Shown: positions 14,001 through 26,130, counted from the first letter of the stretch. The stretch is 64,000 nucleotides of DNA from Scyliorhinus canicula (GCF_902713615.1 NW_024055446.1:62001-126000), one strand, 5' to 3'. Made by a program: numbers and translations. Notes: a model not told the origin generated them from the letters alone.

Positions 14001-14106
14001 CCCCCTTAGGTTCAGATGTAGACCATCCTGTCTATAGAGGTCCCACCTTCCCCAGAAAGAGCCCCAGTTATCCAGAAATCTGAATCCCTCCTGCCTGCAC
14101 CATCCC
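11010..14106 (-). mobile_element. CR1 LINE, 5'-truncated in ORF1, ORF2 nearly intact
   Basis: ORF 11365-13917 has APE endonuclease (YFNARS, SDH) and RT (QGSVLGP, FADD); frameshifted C-terminus in 11100-11411; ORF1 esterase-like tail at 13990-14106; (TTCTATG)-type 3' tail. Confidence 0.95.
11365..13917 (-). CDS. CR1 ORF2 endonuclease/reverse transcriptase (850 aa; C-terminus frameshifted)
   Basis: Endonuclease and RT motifs in the translated ORF. Confidence 0.92.
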   Translation of the reverse strand: MIESREVWSTDLTSQEGASVQVGGLKCVYFNARSIRNKVGELAAWVGTWDFDVVAISETWIEQGQEWLLQVPGFRYFSKVREGGKRGGGVALLVKDSITVAERMQDGDSSSEVVWAEVRNRKGEVTLLGVFYRPPNSSRDVEERMAKMILEKSKSNRVVVMGDFNFPNIDWKRYSSSTLDGSFFVQCVQEGFLTQYVDRPTKGEATLDLLLGNEPGQVLDLEVGEHFGDSDHNSVTFTLVMERDKYTPQGKSYSWGKTNYDAIRHDLGCVGWRSRLQGLGTLHMWSLFKEQLLRVLDQYVPVRQGGKGRAREPWFTKEVESLVKRKKEAYVKMRREVSVGALDSYREVRKDLKRELRRAKRGHEKSLAGRIKDNPKAFYRYVRNKRMTRVRVGPVKDSGGKLCVEAEEISEILNEYFSSVFTQEKDNIVEENAETQAIRIDGIEVRREEVLAILDKVKIDKSPGPGGIYPRILWEAREEIAEPLALIFRSSLATGIVPEDWRIANVVPLFKKGSRDNPGNYRPSSLTSVVGKVLERIIKDTIYNHLDRNNMIRDSQHGFVKGRSCLTNLIEFFEKVTEQVDEGRAVDVVYMDFSKAFDKVPHGRLLQKIRRLGIEGDLEMWIRNWLVERRQRVVVDGKCSEWSSVMSGVPQGSVLGPLLFVIFINVLEEGAEGWVSKFADDTKVGGVVDSAEGCCRLQRDIDKLQSWAERWQMEFDVEKCEVIHFGKNNRNEEYLANGKILGSVDEQRDLGVHVHRSLKVATQVDRVMKKAYGVMAFIGRGIEFRSHEVMLQLYKTLVRPHLEYCVQFWSPHYRKDVEALERVQRRFTRMLPGMADGLEVVFVREKKVKR

Positions 14107-14388
14107 GGTTGAATTCACATCTGACTTTCTGTGGCAGCAGACCTTGAACTGATTGGCCTGCTCGGCAATATCAGAGATAGTTAAGCGTCAACCACATCAC
14201 TGCTGAACTAGACACATTGAGACCAGACAGGGTAAGCAGGGAAGATTTCTTCTCCTGAAGGATATTGGTGAACCTGCTGGGATTTGGGAAATTTCGCTAG
14301 CTTCATGAGTATTATGAATGACGCAACAATTTATTTCTGATTTATTAATTCATTCAATTGAAAGTCCCCCAGCTGCCATAAAACCAGC

Positions 14389-14565
14389 GGCTGGTTTAGC
14401 TCACTGGGCTAATTCGCTGCTTTTTAAAGCAGACCAAGCAGGCCAGCAGCATGGTTCGATTCCCGTACCAGCCTCCCCGGCCAGGTGTCGGAGTGTGGCG
14501 ACTAGGGGCTTTTCACAGTAACTTCATTGAAGCCTAGTCGTGACAATAAGCGATTTTCATTTTCA
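14389..14565 (+). mobile_element. Short tRNA-derived SINE
   Basis: GGCTGGTTTAGCTCACTGGGCTAA...GACAATAAGCGATTTTCATTTTCA. Confidence 0.88.
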
Positions 14566-15003
14566 AACTATAAGATGTAGGAGCAGAAGTTGGCCATTCG
14601 GCCCATGGAATATGATCTGCCATTCAATGAAATCGTGGCTGATCTAATAAATCCTCAACTCCACTTTTCCGCCTTATCCCCATAATCCTTGATTCCCTGA
14701 CTAATGAAAAATATGTCTGTCACAGTCTTGGACATATTTATTGACCCGGCCTCTCCAATTCTCTGCACCATAGAATCACTCCCCTCTGAGAGACGAAATT
14801 CCTCTTCATCCACGTCTGAAATGAGCGACACCTTAATCTGAGATGGTCCCCTACAGTCCCAGACTCTCCCACAAGCAGAAACAACCTCGAGCATCCACAC
14901 TTTCAAGCTCCTTGAAAATACTACATATCTCAGTAAGTTCGCCTCTCATTCTTCAAAACACCAATGCGTGTAGGTCTTCCCAACTTAGACTCTCCTCATG
15001 TCA

Positions 15004-15077
15004 GTCTCTGTGGTGCAATTGGTCAACGTTTTTCGCTGCAAACCGAGAGGTCTGTGTTTCAAGACTTTCCACGGCCG
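15004..15077 (+). pseudogene. tRNA-Asn-derived pseudogene (paralog of 6662; anticodon position reads GCA)
   Basis: GTCTCTGTGGTGCAATTGGTCAACGTTTTTCGCTGCAAACCGAGAGGTC. Confidence 0.7.
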
Positions 15078-15631
15078 GATTCCTCTCTATTTGATGACAG
15101 CCGCAGTAGCGATGTGCTGAAGAACCTCTTTTTGTGCTGTGAAATTCCAGCTACCGATGAAAATCCATCCACACCCGAGATTAACCTAATGAACCTTCTC
15201 TGGACTGCCTCCAAAATATCTACCCTGAGGTGAGGAGACCAAAGCTGCTCACATCATTGCAATATGCCCTGGTGGAATTTGTATTGGAGTCTCTGGATTA
15301 ATAGTTTATGCCTCCAGATTACCAGTCCAGTAATATATTGCGAAGCACCCCTAGGACTGTAATATCATCACATCTAAAAGATGGAGCAACTGAAACATAA
15401 AATACTCCTGCATTGGATCACATCTGGGTCATGGGCTCAGGTATCTGTTGTGAGAAGTGATATTGATTCCACTGAGACAAGACTGTTAACCTATCATGGT
15501 TTGCATGTTGACATTACATTCTGAAATATTGCTCAGTGTATCTAAAGTTCTTATTCTGGGTGCAGCCTTACATGGGTCAATTTAATTTTCAGAGGCTAGT
15601 CTTTTCTTCGTCTTGTGTCTTATTCTTGTTA

Positions 15632-15850
15632 TAAATTTAGAGTACCCAATTAATTTTTTCCAAATCAAGGGGCAATTTAGCGCAGCCAATCCACCTACCC
15701 TGTACATCTTCGGGTTTTGGGGGTGAAACCCACGCAGACACGGGGAGGATGTGCAAACTTCACGCAGTCAGGGACCGAGAGTCGGGATCGAACCTGGTAC
15801 CTCGGCACCGTGAGGCAGCAGTGCGAACAACTGCATGACCATGCTGCCCC
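15632..15850 (-). mobile_element. HE1-like SINE
   Basis: SINE core with AAATTTAGAGTACCCAAT tail. Confidence 0.85.
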
Positions 15851-16179
15851 GTCTTGTGTCTAATTCGGACACGATGGTAATGGTGAGCGGTAATTCCACT
15901 GGCTCCATATAAAATGTCAGTAATTCCAAAAATAGCATCTGAACACAAGCAAGGCAGAAACATATATACAACTGGGTCTTCACACTGCATGAGCTGCACG
16001 GTCACATTGGTTGGAAGCTCGGATTGTTTTCCTTCGAACCGAGCAGTTTTTGGGAGGCGTGGTAAAAATGGTCAAAATTATGAATGGCTTTGTTTGATTA
16101 ATTAGGAAGAAAGTTGATTCACTGGCAGGAGGGTCAGAAATCAGAAGACACTAATTTATGAAATATTAATTTCCCCCTC

Positions 16180-16560
16180 ATTATAAACCTATCAAATTGT
16201 AAAAGGACTGGACAGGGAAGATGCAGAAAGGATGTGTCCGATGGCGGGGAAGGTAGAACCAGGGGTCACAATCTAAGGATACGGGGTAAACCATTTAATA
16301 CTGAGATGAGGAGTAATATCTTCACCCTGGGAGTTGTGAACCTGTTGAATTCTCTACCACAGAACGACGTTGACTCCAAAGTATTGTATGTTTTCAAGGA
16401 GGAGTTAGATAAAGCTCTTGGGGATCAAAACTCTGAAGGGACCAAATGATATGGGGGAAAGTGGGAACAGGTTACTAAGGTGGATGATCAGCCATGATCA
16501 TAATGAATAGCGGAGCAGGCTCGAAGGGCATAATGGTCTACCCCTGCTCTATTTTCTCTG
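16180..16560 (+). mobile_element. CR1 3' end fragment
   Basis: TRGH-L motif region and GATCAGCCATGATC tail. Confidence 0.75.
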
Positions 16561-17761
16561 GCACTGTATTACATCAAATCTGTTTATTCTCATGTTAAAT
16601 GAGACCTGTCTTTATTTCTATTAAAGTAACCCCTGTCCCTGTCTATACCACACTGTACTGTTTGTGCTGCACTCAATTAAGAATACGCTAGAACATACAT
16701 AGGATTAGATCACATTAAGTTCCGCCTCTTCTATATTCCACACGAATTTGCATCTTCACATCACGCCAAGGCCTGTCTCTGTTGATATTAACCGGACCAT
16801 GTTCCTGTTACCTGTCTCGATATGATAAATTATTGGGCATGTTTGCTTGTTTCTCCAAGTACAATCATCGTTGATTTTGAGATTATGTTAATTCATGTTA
16901 ATATCTATAAGTAGTTGTATTAAATGTGTATTTGCTTTGCTATCATGTGGGCAATATTGAGTTGAATATTTTACCAACATCCCAGTAATGAATTGATCTT
17001 GTGAGACATGTCTACATGTGAACACCGGTGCACAGCAATTTCCAAAATTTCGTGCAAATCTCTGTTTTGTTCAAAATGATGAATTTACTCTTGTGTTATA
17101 CTCTATCGATTGGAAAGTTTTTTTTCACGATGATGATTATTTTCCTGCCTCGATTTATATTAACCGACCACCTGTGCACTGGCAGAGTTAGACAGAACCG
17201 TGTTCTCACAGTATCGCCACGATGGTAATGGTGGGCACCCATAGGAGAAATGTCCACCCAATCATAAAACACTCATCTGGTTAAGAAGAGCAACTAAAAT
17301 CGCTGCAAAAGCGTATTAGCCATTAGTGTAGGTGTGCATGTGAAACATTTTTCTTAATTTTTGCAACTCCAATCGATCAAGGCGTATTGTTATCTTCAGA
17401 ATTATTTGGTTGATTTTGCGATATCTTCATATGTCTCGGTCCTCAGCTCTGGTATTCATTCCCTACACCTCGTTACCTCAATTCCCTTATTACAATCATC
17501 CCATTACCGGCCTCATCAACCACATTTTTAATCATCTGGCCTAATAACTCTGTACACGTATATTAATCCAGACCTTGACCAGGAATGACTGCAATAGACC
17601 CTGTCTCAGTTTATAATATTCTAGATACTGTATGAATAATCGCTGCTTTGGATCCTATCTCATTTAAGTTAATGAAACTTTGTATCGGTAATCGCTGCAC
17701 TAGAACCTGTCTCGGTTTATGTTAATCTATACCCTGTATCAGTAATCACTGCATGGGATCC

Positions 17762-17929
17762 AGGGGCTGATTTAGCTCACTGGGCTAAATCGCTGGCTTT
17801 TGAAGCAGAGGGGGGACGATTCCCGTGGCAGCCTCCCCAGACAGGCGCAGGAATGTGGGGACTCGGGGCTTTTCACAGTAACTTCATTGAAGCCTACTCG
17901 TGATAATAAGCGATTTTCATTTCATTTCA
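17762..17929 (+). mobile_element. Short tRNA-derived SINE
   Basis: Family consensus match; inserted in the 54-bp satellite. Confidence 0.88.
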
Positions 17930-17959
17930 ATCTCAATTTAGGTTAACCTACACCCTGTA

Positions 17960-19290
17960 CCCCTGAAGGATAGGATCTATTCACATTTGGAAGAAAATAG
18001 ACTTATCAGTGATAGGCAGCATGGTTTTGTGCAGGGAAGGTCATGTCTTACAAACCTAATAGAATTCTTTGAGGAAGTGACAAAGTTAATTAATGAGGGA
18101 AGGGCTGTAGATGTCATCTGCAGGGACTTCAGTAAGGTGTTTGATAAAGTTTCCCATGGCAGGTTGATGGAAAAAGTGAAGTATGGTGTTCAGGGTGTAC
18201 TAACTAGATGGATAAAGAACTGGCTGGGCAACAGGAGACAGAGAGTAGTGTTGGAAGGGAATGTCTCAAAATGGAGAAAGGTGACTAGTGGTGTTCCACA
18301 GGGATCCGTGCTCGGACCACTGTTGTTTTTGATACACATAAATGATCTGGGCGAAGGTATAGGTGGTCTGATGAGCATGTTTGCAGATGATACTAAGATT
18401 GGTGGAGTTGCAGATAGCGAGGAGGACTGTCAGAGAATACGGCAAAATATTGATAGATTGGAGAGTTGGGCAGAGAAATGGCAGATCGAGTTCAATCCAG
18501 GCAAATGCGAGGTGATGCATTTTGGAAGATCTAATTCAAGAGCGGACTATATGGTCAATGGAAGAGTCCTGGGGAAAATTGATGTACAGAGAGATCTGGG
18601 AGTTCAGGTCCATTGTACCCTGAAGATGGCAACGCAGGTCGATAGAGTGGTCAAGAAGGCATACAGCATGCTTGCCTTCATCCGACGGGGTATTGAGTAC
18701 AAGAGTCGGCAGGTCATGTTACAGTTGTATAGGACTTTGGTGAGGCCACATTTGGAATACTGCGTGCAGTTCTGGTCGCCACATTACCAGGAGGATGTGG
18801 ATGCTTTAGAGAGGGTGCAGAGGAGGTTCACCGGGATGTTGCCTGGTATGGAGGGTGCAAGCTATGAAGATAGGTTGAGTAGATTAGGATTGTTTTCCTT
18901 GGAAAGACGGAGGTTGAGGGGGGACCTGATTGAGGTCTACAAAATTATGAGAGGTATGGACAGGGTGGATAGCAACAAGCTTTTTCCAAGAGTGGGGGTG
19001 TCAATTACAAGGGGTCACGATTTCAAGGTGAGAGGGGGAAAGTTTAAGGGAGATGTGCGTGGAAAGTTTTTTACGCAGAGGGTGCATGGAACGCTTTGCC
19101 AGCGGAGGTGGTCGAGGCTGGCACGTTAGCATCATTTAAGATGCATCTGGACAGATATATGAACGGGCGCGGAACAGAGGGAAGTAGATCCTTGGAAAAT
19201 AGGCGACAGGTTTAGATAAAGGATCTGGATCGGCGCAGGCTGGGAGGGCCGAAGGGCCTGTTCCTGTGCTGTAATTTTCTTTGTTCTTTG
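17960..19290 (+). mobile_element. CR1 LINE, 5'-truncated (RT fragment ORF 17987-19129)
   Basis: QHGFVQGRSCLTNL, QGSVLGP and FADD motifs; 3' UTR ending TGTAATTTTCTTTGTTCTTTG. Confidence 0.93.
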
Positions 19291-19525
19291 TATTAGTGAT
19301 CATTGCTTTAGACTCCGTCATAGTGTCATGGAGTCTGAGAGTTTTACAGTATAGAAAGGTGCCCTTCCACCGATCATTTCTGCGACAACAATCAAGCACC
19401 TATCTATTCTAATATCGTCCATAGATTGTCTTCCTACCATAAAATCATAAGACATAGGAGCTGAACCCGGCCTTTCAGTCCATCGAGTCTGCTCCGCATT
19501 CAATCATGACTGTTATGTTTCTAAT

Positions 19526-22178
19526 CCTGAGTTGGGGGACTCTCCATAAGCTTAACTTCACCAGACTAGTGGAGCAGATGGAGGAGGAATTTAAAAGGTG
19601 GGACATGGTGCCGCTGTCGTTGGCGGGTAGAGTGCAGTCCGTCAAAATGACGGTTCTCCCGAGGTTCTTGTTCCTCTTCCAGTGTTTGCCCATCTTTATC
19701 CCTAGGGCCTTTTTTAAAAGGGTGACCAGCAGCATCATGAGCTTTGTTTGGGCGCATGGCACCCCGAGTGAAGAGGATCTTTTTGGAACGGGGTAGAGAT
19801 AGGGGGGGGGGGTGGGGCTGGCGTTGCCCAATCTCTCGGGATACTACTGGGCGGCCAATGTGTCGATGATGCGCAAGTGGGTGATGGAGGGGGAGGGGGC
19901 AGCATGGAAACGGACGGAGAGGGCGTCCTGTGGAGATACAACCCTGGGGGCCCTGGTAACGGCGCCGTGGCCGTTCCCTCCCACGAGGTATACCACGAGT
20001 CCGGTGGTGGCGGCTACCCTCAACATTTGGGGGCAGTGGAGGCAACATAGGGGAGAAGTGGGTGGCTCGATGGAGGCTCCGTTGAGGGGGAACCATAGGT
20101 TCGTCCCGGGGAACATGGATGGGGGATCAGGGTTGGTACAGAGCGGGCATCAGACAGCTGAGGGACCTGTTTATCGACGGGATGTTTGCGAGCCTGGGGG
20201 AGTTGGAGGAGAAAATTGGGCTCCCCCGGGAAACATGTTCAGGTATCTGCAGGTAAAGGCATTTGCTAGACGGCAGGTGGAGGGATTCCCTGCGCTTCCC
20301 GCGAGGGGTTTGGTACGTTTCGGCGTGGCCAGTTCGGCGTGGCCAGTTCGGCGTAGCCGATTCGACGGAGGAATTTTTCGGCGGAGGGACGTTTCGGCGT
20401 CAAATTAGTTATAGTCGCAAAATGTTTGTGCAGCCCATTTCTTGTATCTTTTCCTTCCAGCCGCCTCAGATATCGTGTTTGTGCACCAAACCGGGTCTCT
20501 TAAAGAAAGGCACCAACATTAAACTCTTAAAGAAAGCCGGTGTTACTGAAAGTATTGAAGCAGCTGCCCAGTGATCTACACTGCTGTCTGACTTAACACA
20601 TTGTGTAAAGCCACAATATCTTCAGTAACACCGGCTGTATAAAGTCAGACCCGGTTTGGTGCTGCGCGGGGGAGCTTATGGACCCCAACTGTCAGTTGTG
20701 TCAATTTCAGCGGCCGGCTCACTTTGATCCGGAGAGGGAAGCTGCTCTCTCACTGAAACAATCAGCCGGCCGCTGAAATTGACACTGCCGACTGCTCTCT
20801 CCCTCCAATCAGAAACATTAAAACTTAAAAGTTGGATTGGAGAGAGAGAGCAGCGGGCAGTGTCAATTTCAGCGGCCGCTGATTGCTTCAGTGAGAGAGC
20901 AGCTTCCCTCTCCGGCCGCTGAAATTGACACTGTTTTAATTAGATCCACGATGGGGGTTTTAAATTTATTTAAAAATCTATGCTAGCGCTTCCCATTGAG
21001 AGTCTACGGGGGTCTGACCTCTCCCCCCGCCCCCAGTAGACTCTCAATGGGAAGCGCTAGCATAGATTTTTAAATAAATTTCGGTCCCTCCGCCGAAAAA
21101 CTCCTCCGCCGAATCGGCCACGCCGAAACGTCCCATTCCAATCGGCTACGCCGAACTGGACCCGCCGAATCGGCCACGCCGAACTGGCCATGCCGAAACG
21201 TCCCATCCCCTCCCGCGAGGGGGGGTGAGGGACAGGGTGCTTTCAGGGGTCTGGGTCGGAGAGCGGAAGATATCCGATATCTACAAGGTTATGCAGGAGG
21301 TGGAAGAGGCGTCAGTAGAGGAGCTGAAAACTAAGTGGGAGGGGGAACTGGGGGAACAGATCGAAGACGGGACATGGGCTGATGCCCTGGAGAGAGTTAA
21401 TTCTTCCTCCTCGTGTGCATGGCTTAGCCTCATTCAATTCAAGGTGCTGCACCGGGCCCACATGACTGGGACGAGGATGAGTAGATTCTTTGGGGGTGAA
21501 GATAGGTGTGTCAGGTGCTCGGGGAGTCCAGTGAACCATGCCCATATGTTCTGGGCATGCCCGACACTGGAGGAGTTCTGGAAGGGGGTGGCGAGGACGG
21601 TGTCAAGGGTGGTAGGATCCAGGGTCAAGCCAGGATGGGGACTCGTGATTTTTGGGGTTGGGGTGGAGCTGGGAGTGCAGGAGGCGAAAGAGGCCGGTGT
21701 GCTGGCCTTTGCGCCCCTAGTAGCCCGGCGAAGGATTTTGGTACAATGGAAGGATGCGAGTCCCCGAGTGTGGAGACCTGGATCAATGACATGGTGGGTT
21801 TTATTAGACTAGAGAAGGTCAAATTCGCCCTAAGAGGATCGGTACAAGGATTCTTCCGGCGGTGGCAACCTTTCCTCGACTTTCTGGCTCAACGATAGGG
21901 TACTGGGACAGTAGCAGCAGCAACCGGGGGGGGGGGGGGGGGGGGTGACGAGGACTATGTTTGTTTATTTTATTTAAATTTGATTTATTTAATTTTAATT
22001 TATGGTTAAGTTCTCTTGTTGGGGTTGGGGGGGGGGTGGGGGGGATGGGATACATGTGTTGATACGGTTTGGGGGGTGTTACGGTTGTTATGGGGTAGTT
22101 TGTTGCATATTATTATTTGCTGTTATATTTTTTTATATTTTCTGTAAAAAATTCCAATAAAAATTATTTTTTTAAAAA
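19526..22178 (+). mobile_element. L1-clade LINE, 5'-truncated, interrupted by a DNA element
   Basis: LSLAGRVQSVKMTVLPRFLFLFQ, GLALPNL..YYWAA and C-terminal RC....HMFWACP motifs; A-rich tail; TSD ATGTTTCTAAT at 19515-19525 and 22179-22189. Confidence 0.92.
20305..21210. mobile_element. 906-bp non-autonomous DNA transposon (MITE/foldback) with 8-bp TSD
   Basis: TSD TCCCGCGA at 20297-20304 and 21211-21218; imperfect TIR GGGG(T/A)T..G(T/G)ACGTTTCGGC(G/A)TGGCCAGTTCGGCGTGGCC; three internal hairpins. Confidence 0.9.
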
Positions 22179-22189
22179 ATGTTTCTAAT

Positions 22190-24050
22190 TCTCATTCTCC
22201 CTCCTTCTCCCCATAATCCCTGGTCCCCTTATTAATTAATAACCTGTCTGCCTCTATCTTATTGACACTCAGTGATTTGGCCTCCACGGCCTTCTGCGGG
22301 AATGAGTTCCACAGATTCAAGACCCCTTGGTTGAATAAAGTTATCCTCTTCTCAGCTTTGAAGGATCGTCCCTTAAATCTGAAGCTGTGCCCTCGGGTTC
22401 TAGTTTCACCTACTAGGCCTCTCGCTATTCTGAAAGTTTCAATGTGACCCCATCCCCACACCCCGCCCTGCGCCCCACTCCCCTCACGGCGCCTCATCCT
22501 TCTAAACTCTATCCAGCACAGACCCAGAGTCCTCAACTGCTCCTCATATGACAAGTCCGTCATTCCGAGGATCAGTCTTGTGAATCTCCTCTGTAGCTGC
22601 TCCAAGGCCAGCACGTCGTTTCTTAGATAAGGCGACCAAAACTGCTCACAATATTCCAAATGGCGTCTGACCAGAGCCTTATAGAGCCGCAACAGTTACA
22701 TCCCTGCTCTTGTAATATAGCCCACTCGACATGAATGCTAACATTGCATTTGTCTTCCCAGCTGCCAACTGATCCTGCATGTTAACTTTAAGAGAATCGT
22801 CAACTAGAATTCCTAAGTGCATTTGCGCTTCTGATTTCCTAAGCCCTACCCCAATTAGAAAATACTCTATGTTTCCTCCAAAATGCAGAACCTCACACTT
22901 TTCTACATTGTATTCCATCTTCCACTGCTTTGCACACTCTCTTAGCCTGACCAAGTCTTTCCGCAGCCTCTCTGCTTCCTCAGCACAATCTGTCCCTCTA
23001 CGTATCTGAGCATCATCTGAAAACGTAGCATCAGTACCCTCAGTTCAAAGGTAATAATAAAATCTTTATTAGCTTTTACCTTACATCAGCCTTTAAAGGC
23101 TTTCGTATCCTCTGGCATCCCATTAATCTTCACCACATTGTCTGCTTATTCCTTTGCTTTTATGCTGTCCTTGACTTCCCTTGTCAACCATTGATGCCCT
23201 GTCCTCCCCTCAGCATGGTTCCTCTTCTTTGGGATTAATGTTTGTAGTGCCTCGCGAATAATCCCCAAAACGTCCTGCCACTGCTGTTCCACTGTCTTCC
23301 CTGCTCGGCTCCCTTTCCAATCAACTCTGGCCAGCTCCTCCCTTTATCTTTGTAGTTACCTTTATTCAATTGTAATACCGTTACATTTGATTCCAGCTTC
23401 TACCTCCCAAACTGCAGGGTGAATTCTATCTTATTGTGGTCATTGACCGTGAGTGGTCAAATTCCTTTTCTTGGGAGCTGCTACCAACCTGACTTTCCCT
23501 GTCCTCCTCCATATTGAAGTCCCCCATGATTATTATAATATTTCCTCTCTTATGTGCCTTTTCTATTTGCTGATTGATATTGTGCCCCACATTCTGACTA
23601 CGGCCAGGGGCCTGTGCGTACCTCTCATCAGGGTCTTTTTTCCTTTGAGATTCGTCAACTTTTCCCACAGGGATTCTACACCTTCGGACTCTTAATTGCT
23701 TCTTGCTATCGAGTTAATTTCATTCCTTGCTCACAATGCAACCCCGCCCCCTATTTCCATGCATGCCAATTTCAATGTGTGCAATGAGTTCATTTACCTT
23801 GTTCCGTATACTGCCCACATTTAGGTACAACACCCTCAGTTCGGCGTTGACCATCCCTTCTCATCGTTGTCCCTTTTTCTGCTGTGCCTGAAGTTGCATA
23901 CACGCCTCTATCCATACTCCCTACTCTAGCACGTGTTCAGGAAACTTTACTAACCTCCCCTAAGCCCTCAGCCCGTTTTACTCGGTTAATGTCCTGATCA
24001 TTACCCTGCGCTCTCACCTTCTCTTTTAACTTTGGTTTTCTAATTTTTCA
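22190..24050 (-). mobile_element. Degenerate CR1 fragments (RT C-terminus, endonuclease remnants)
   Basis: LYKALVR.HLEYCEQFWSPY and GDFN motifs in broken ORFs. Confidence 0.8.
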
Positions 24051-24209
24051 TACAACCGACCGCCCTCCCTCCAATATTTAGTTTTAATGCATCACTTCTC
24101 AGCATTGAATTTTATCTGCCACCTATCTGCCTGTGTACATGAAAAAGCCAGTGACCTGCTGCAGCCTAGGCTGGACGCATCCTTGTTACAACACCAGGGA
24201 CGGCGGGAC

Positions 24210-24430
24210 TGTCATATGAGGAGCGATTGTCCAAAAATGCGCAGGTTAGGTGGATTGGCCATGATAAATTGCCCTTAGTGTCCAAAATTGCCCTGAGTGT
24301 TGGGTGGGTTTACTGGGTTATGGGGATAGGGTGGAGGTGTTGACCTTGGTTAGGGGGCTCTTTCCAAGAGCCGGTGCAGACTCGATGGGCTGAATGGCCT
24401 CCTTCTGCACTGTAAATTCTATGTCTATAT
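24210..24430 (+). mobile_element. HE1-like SINE 3' half
   Basis: GTTAGGTGGATTGGCCATGATAAATTGCCC...GTAAATTCTATG. Confidence 0.85.
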
Positions 24431-24439
24431 CTATGATTG

Positions 24440-24870
24440 ACTACGTTAGGATTGATCTCGATGGAGTTCAGAAGAATGAGTGGGAATCTCACAGAGACTT
24501 ATAAAATTCCAGCAGGACGAGACAGTGTAGTTGCAGGGAAGATGTTACCGATGATGGGTGTGTCTAGAACCGGGGTCACAGCCTGAGGATTCAGGATTCA
24601 TTTCGGACAGAGATAAGGAGACATTTCTTCACCCAAAGAGTGGTGACCCTGTGGAATTTATTAGCACAGGAAATAGTTGATTCTAAAACATTGAATATGT
24701 TCAAGAGGCGGCTGGATATATCACTTGGGGAGAATGGGATCAAAGGCTGTGGGGAGAAAGCAGGATTAGGCCATTGAGTTGGATGATCAGCCATGATCGT
24801 GACAAATGGCGGAGCAGGCTCGAAGGGCCAAAAAGCCTCCTCCTCCTAACTTCTATGTATCTATGTATGT
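24440..24870 (+). mobile_element. CR1 3' end fragment
   Basis: TRGHSLRI region and GATCAGCCATGATC tail. Confidence 0.75.
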
Positions 24871-25179
24871 AATCCTCTTCCCTGTTTACTACATTGTCAA
24901 CGTGGGAGACAAATGCAACTTTTCAATTGATATCCTGTGAACCCGAGTCCCGAGCCCTGTCTATTAATATATAACAGAAAAAGCAGTGCTGCTAATATTA
25001 CCCACTGGAGAATAACACTCTGTACCCCACCCAATCTGAAACAATTGTTAAGAACTGTCCCTTAGTCACTGTTGTACACATTCTGCTCCTGCCACTTTAA
25101 TCACATGAGCATCAATTTTCCCCACTTTTCATATTTGACACAGACATTAAGATATTTGTCCCAGACCTCTCCATTCCTC

Positions 25180-25630
25180 GTGTCCCATCAGAATTCCAAG
25201 GACAGCTTCAGTAACGCTCTGCTTGTCTAAACTATTCCGTCTAATTCTCGCAGGCCAGGTACAGTACAGGGTTGCATACAGAGCAAAGCTTCCTGCACAC
25301 TGAACCAGCAAACACTCTCAGGCCAAATGCATCACAGGATCAGATAAAGACGAAAGCTTCCTGAAACCTGTCCCATTATACACTCCCAGGGCACCAACAG
25401 TAAATATTTAGTTACTGAGTAAACTTCCCTTAACAATCTCCCCTCAAATATCAAATACTCGAGGGACAGGTACAGTACAGAGCAAAGCCGCCTCCACAAC
25501 ATCCGCCATCTAACATGTGAAGGACAGGTAAAGCACATGTAAGGAACAGAGTAAAGCGTCCTCTTTGCCATACCATCAGATACTTGCAGAGCAGGAAAAA
25601 CGCAGGGTATGTGGAGAGTAAAGTTCCCCA
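25180..25630. repeat. Degenerate ~68-bp tandem repeat
   Basis: About 6 units of the same family as 3770-4330. Confidence 0.65.
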
Positions 25631-25789
25631 TACTCCGTCCCATTAATTAGTGTATCAAAAAAAGTATTTATTTGTGCAGGAGTTTGGTGTCAAAATGTCC
25701 ACACACACAAAGACTCAGAAAAAAGCGCACATATGTCTTAATGTATATAATCTCAACCATGTAACGGTGAACACCACACTCGGCCCGAC

Positions 25790-26130
25790 ATTGATAAACA
25801 TTAATCTTGGGCTGTCCCTGCAATCGACCCTGTCTCGCTTTGTACGAATGTATACCCTGAATCAGTAATCACTGCATTAGATATTATCTCAGTTTTCGTT
25901 AAGCTAGACCCTGCATCAATAATTACGTCACTAGAATCTGTCTCACTTTATATTAATGTCGACGCTCTATCAGCAATTAGTGCTCTAGAACCCTATCTAA
26001 ATGTACATTACTGAACACCCCCCCCCCCCCATCAGAAATCACTGCACTCGGCCTTGTCTCAGTTTATATTAATCTAGATCCTGTATCAGGAATTACTGTA
26101 GCAGACCCTGTTTCTGTTTATATATAATTT
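25790..26130. repeat. Degenerate 27/54-bp tandem repeat
   Basis: Unit ~ACTGCACTAGACCCTGTCTCAGTTTATATTAATCTAGACCCTGTATCAGTAATC; also at 8500-8700 and 17560-17760. Confidence 0.75.

Larger units (their letters stand above)
9290..22260 (+). repeat. Tandem segmental duplication, copy 2, expanded by CR1, L1 and SINE insertions
   Basis: Colinear with 4195-9285 once the inserts at 11010-14106, ~17960-19290 and 19526-22178 are removed. Confidence 0.88.

Noticed and set aside
25790-26130. Regular short repeats resembling a CRISPR array
   Set aside because: Tandem degenerate units with no unique spacers, in vertebrate DNA with no cas genes
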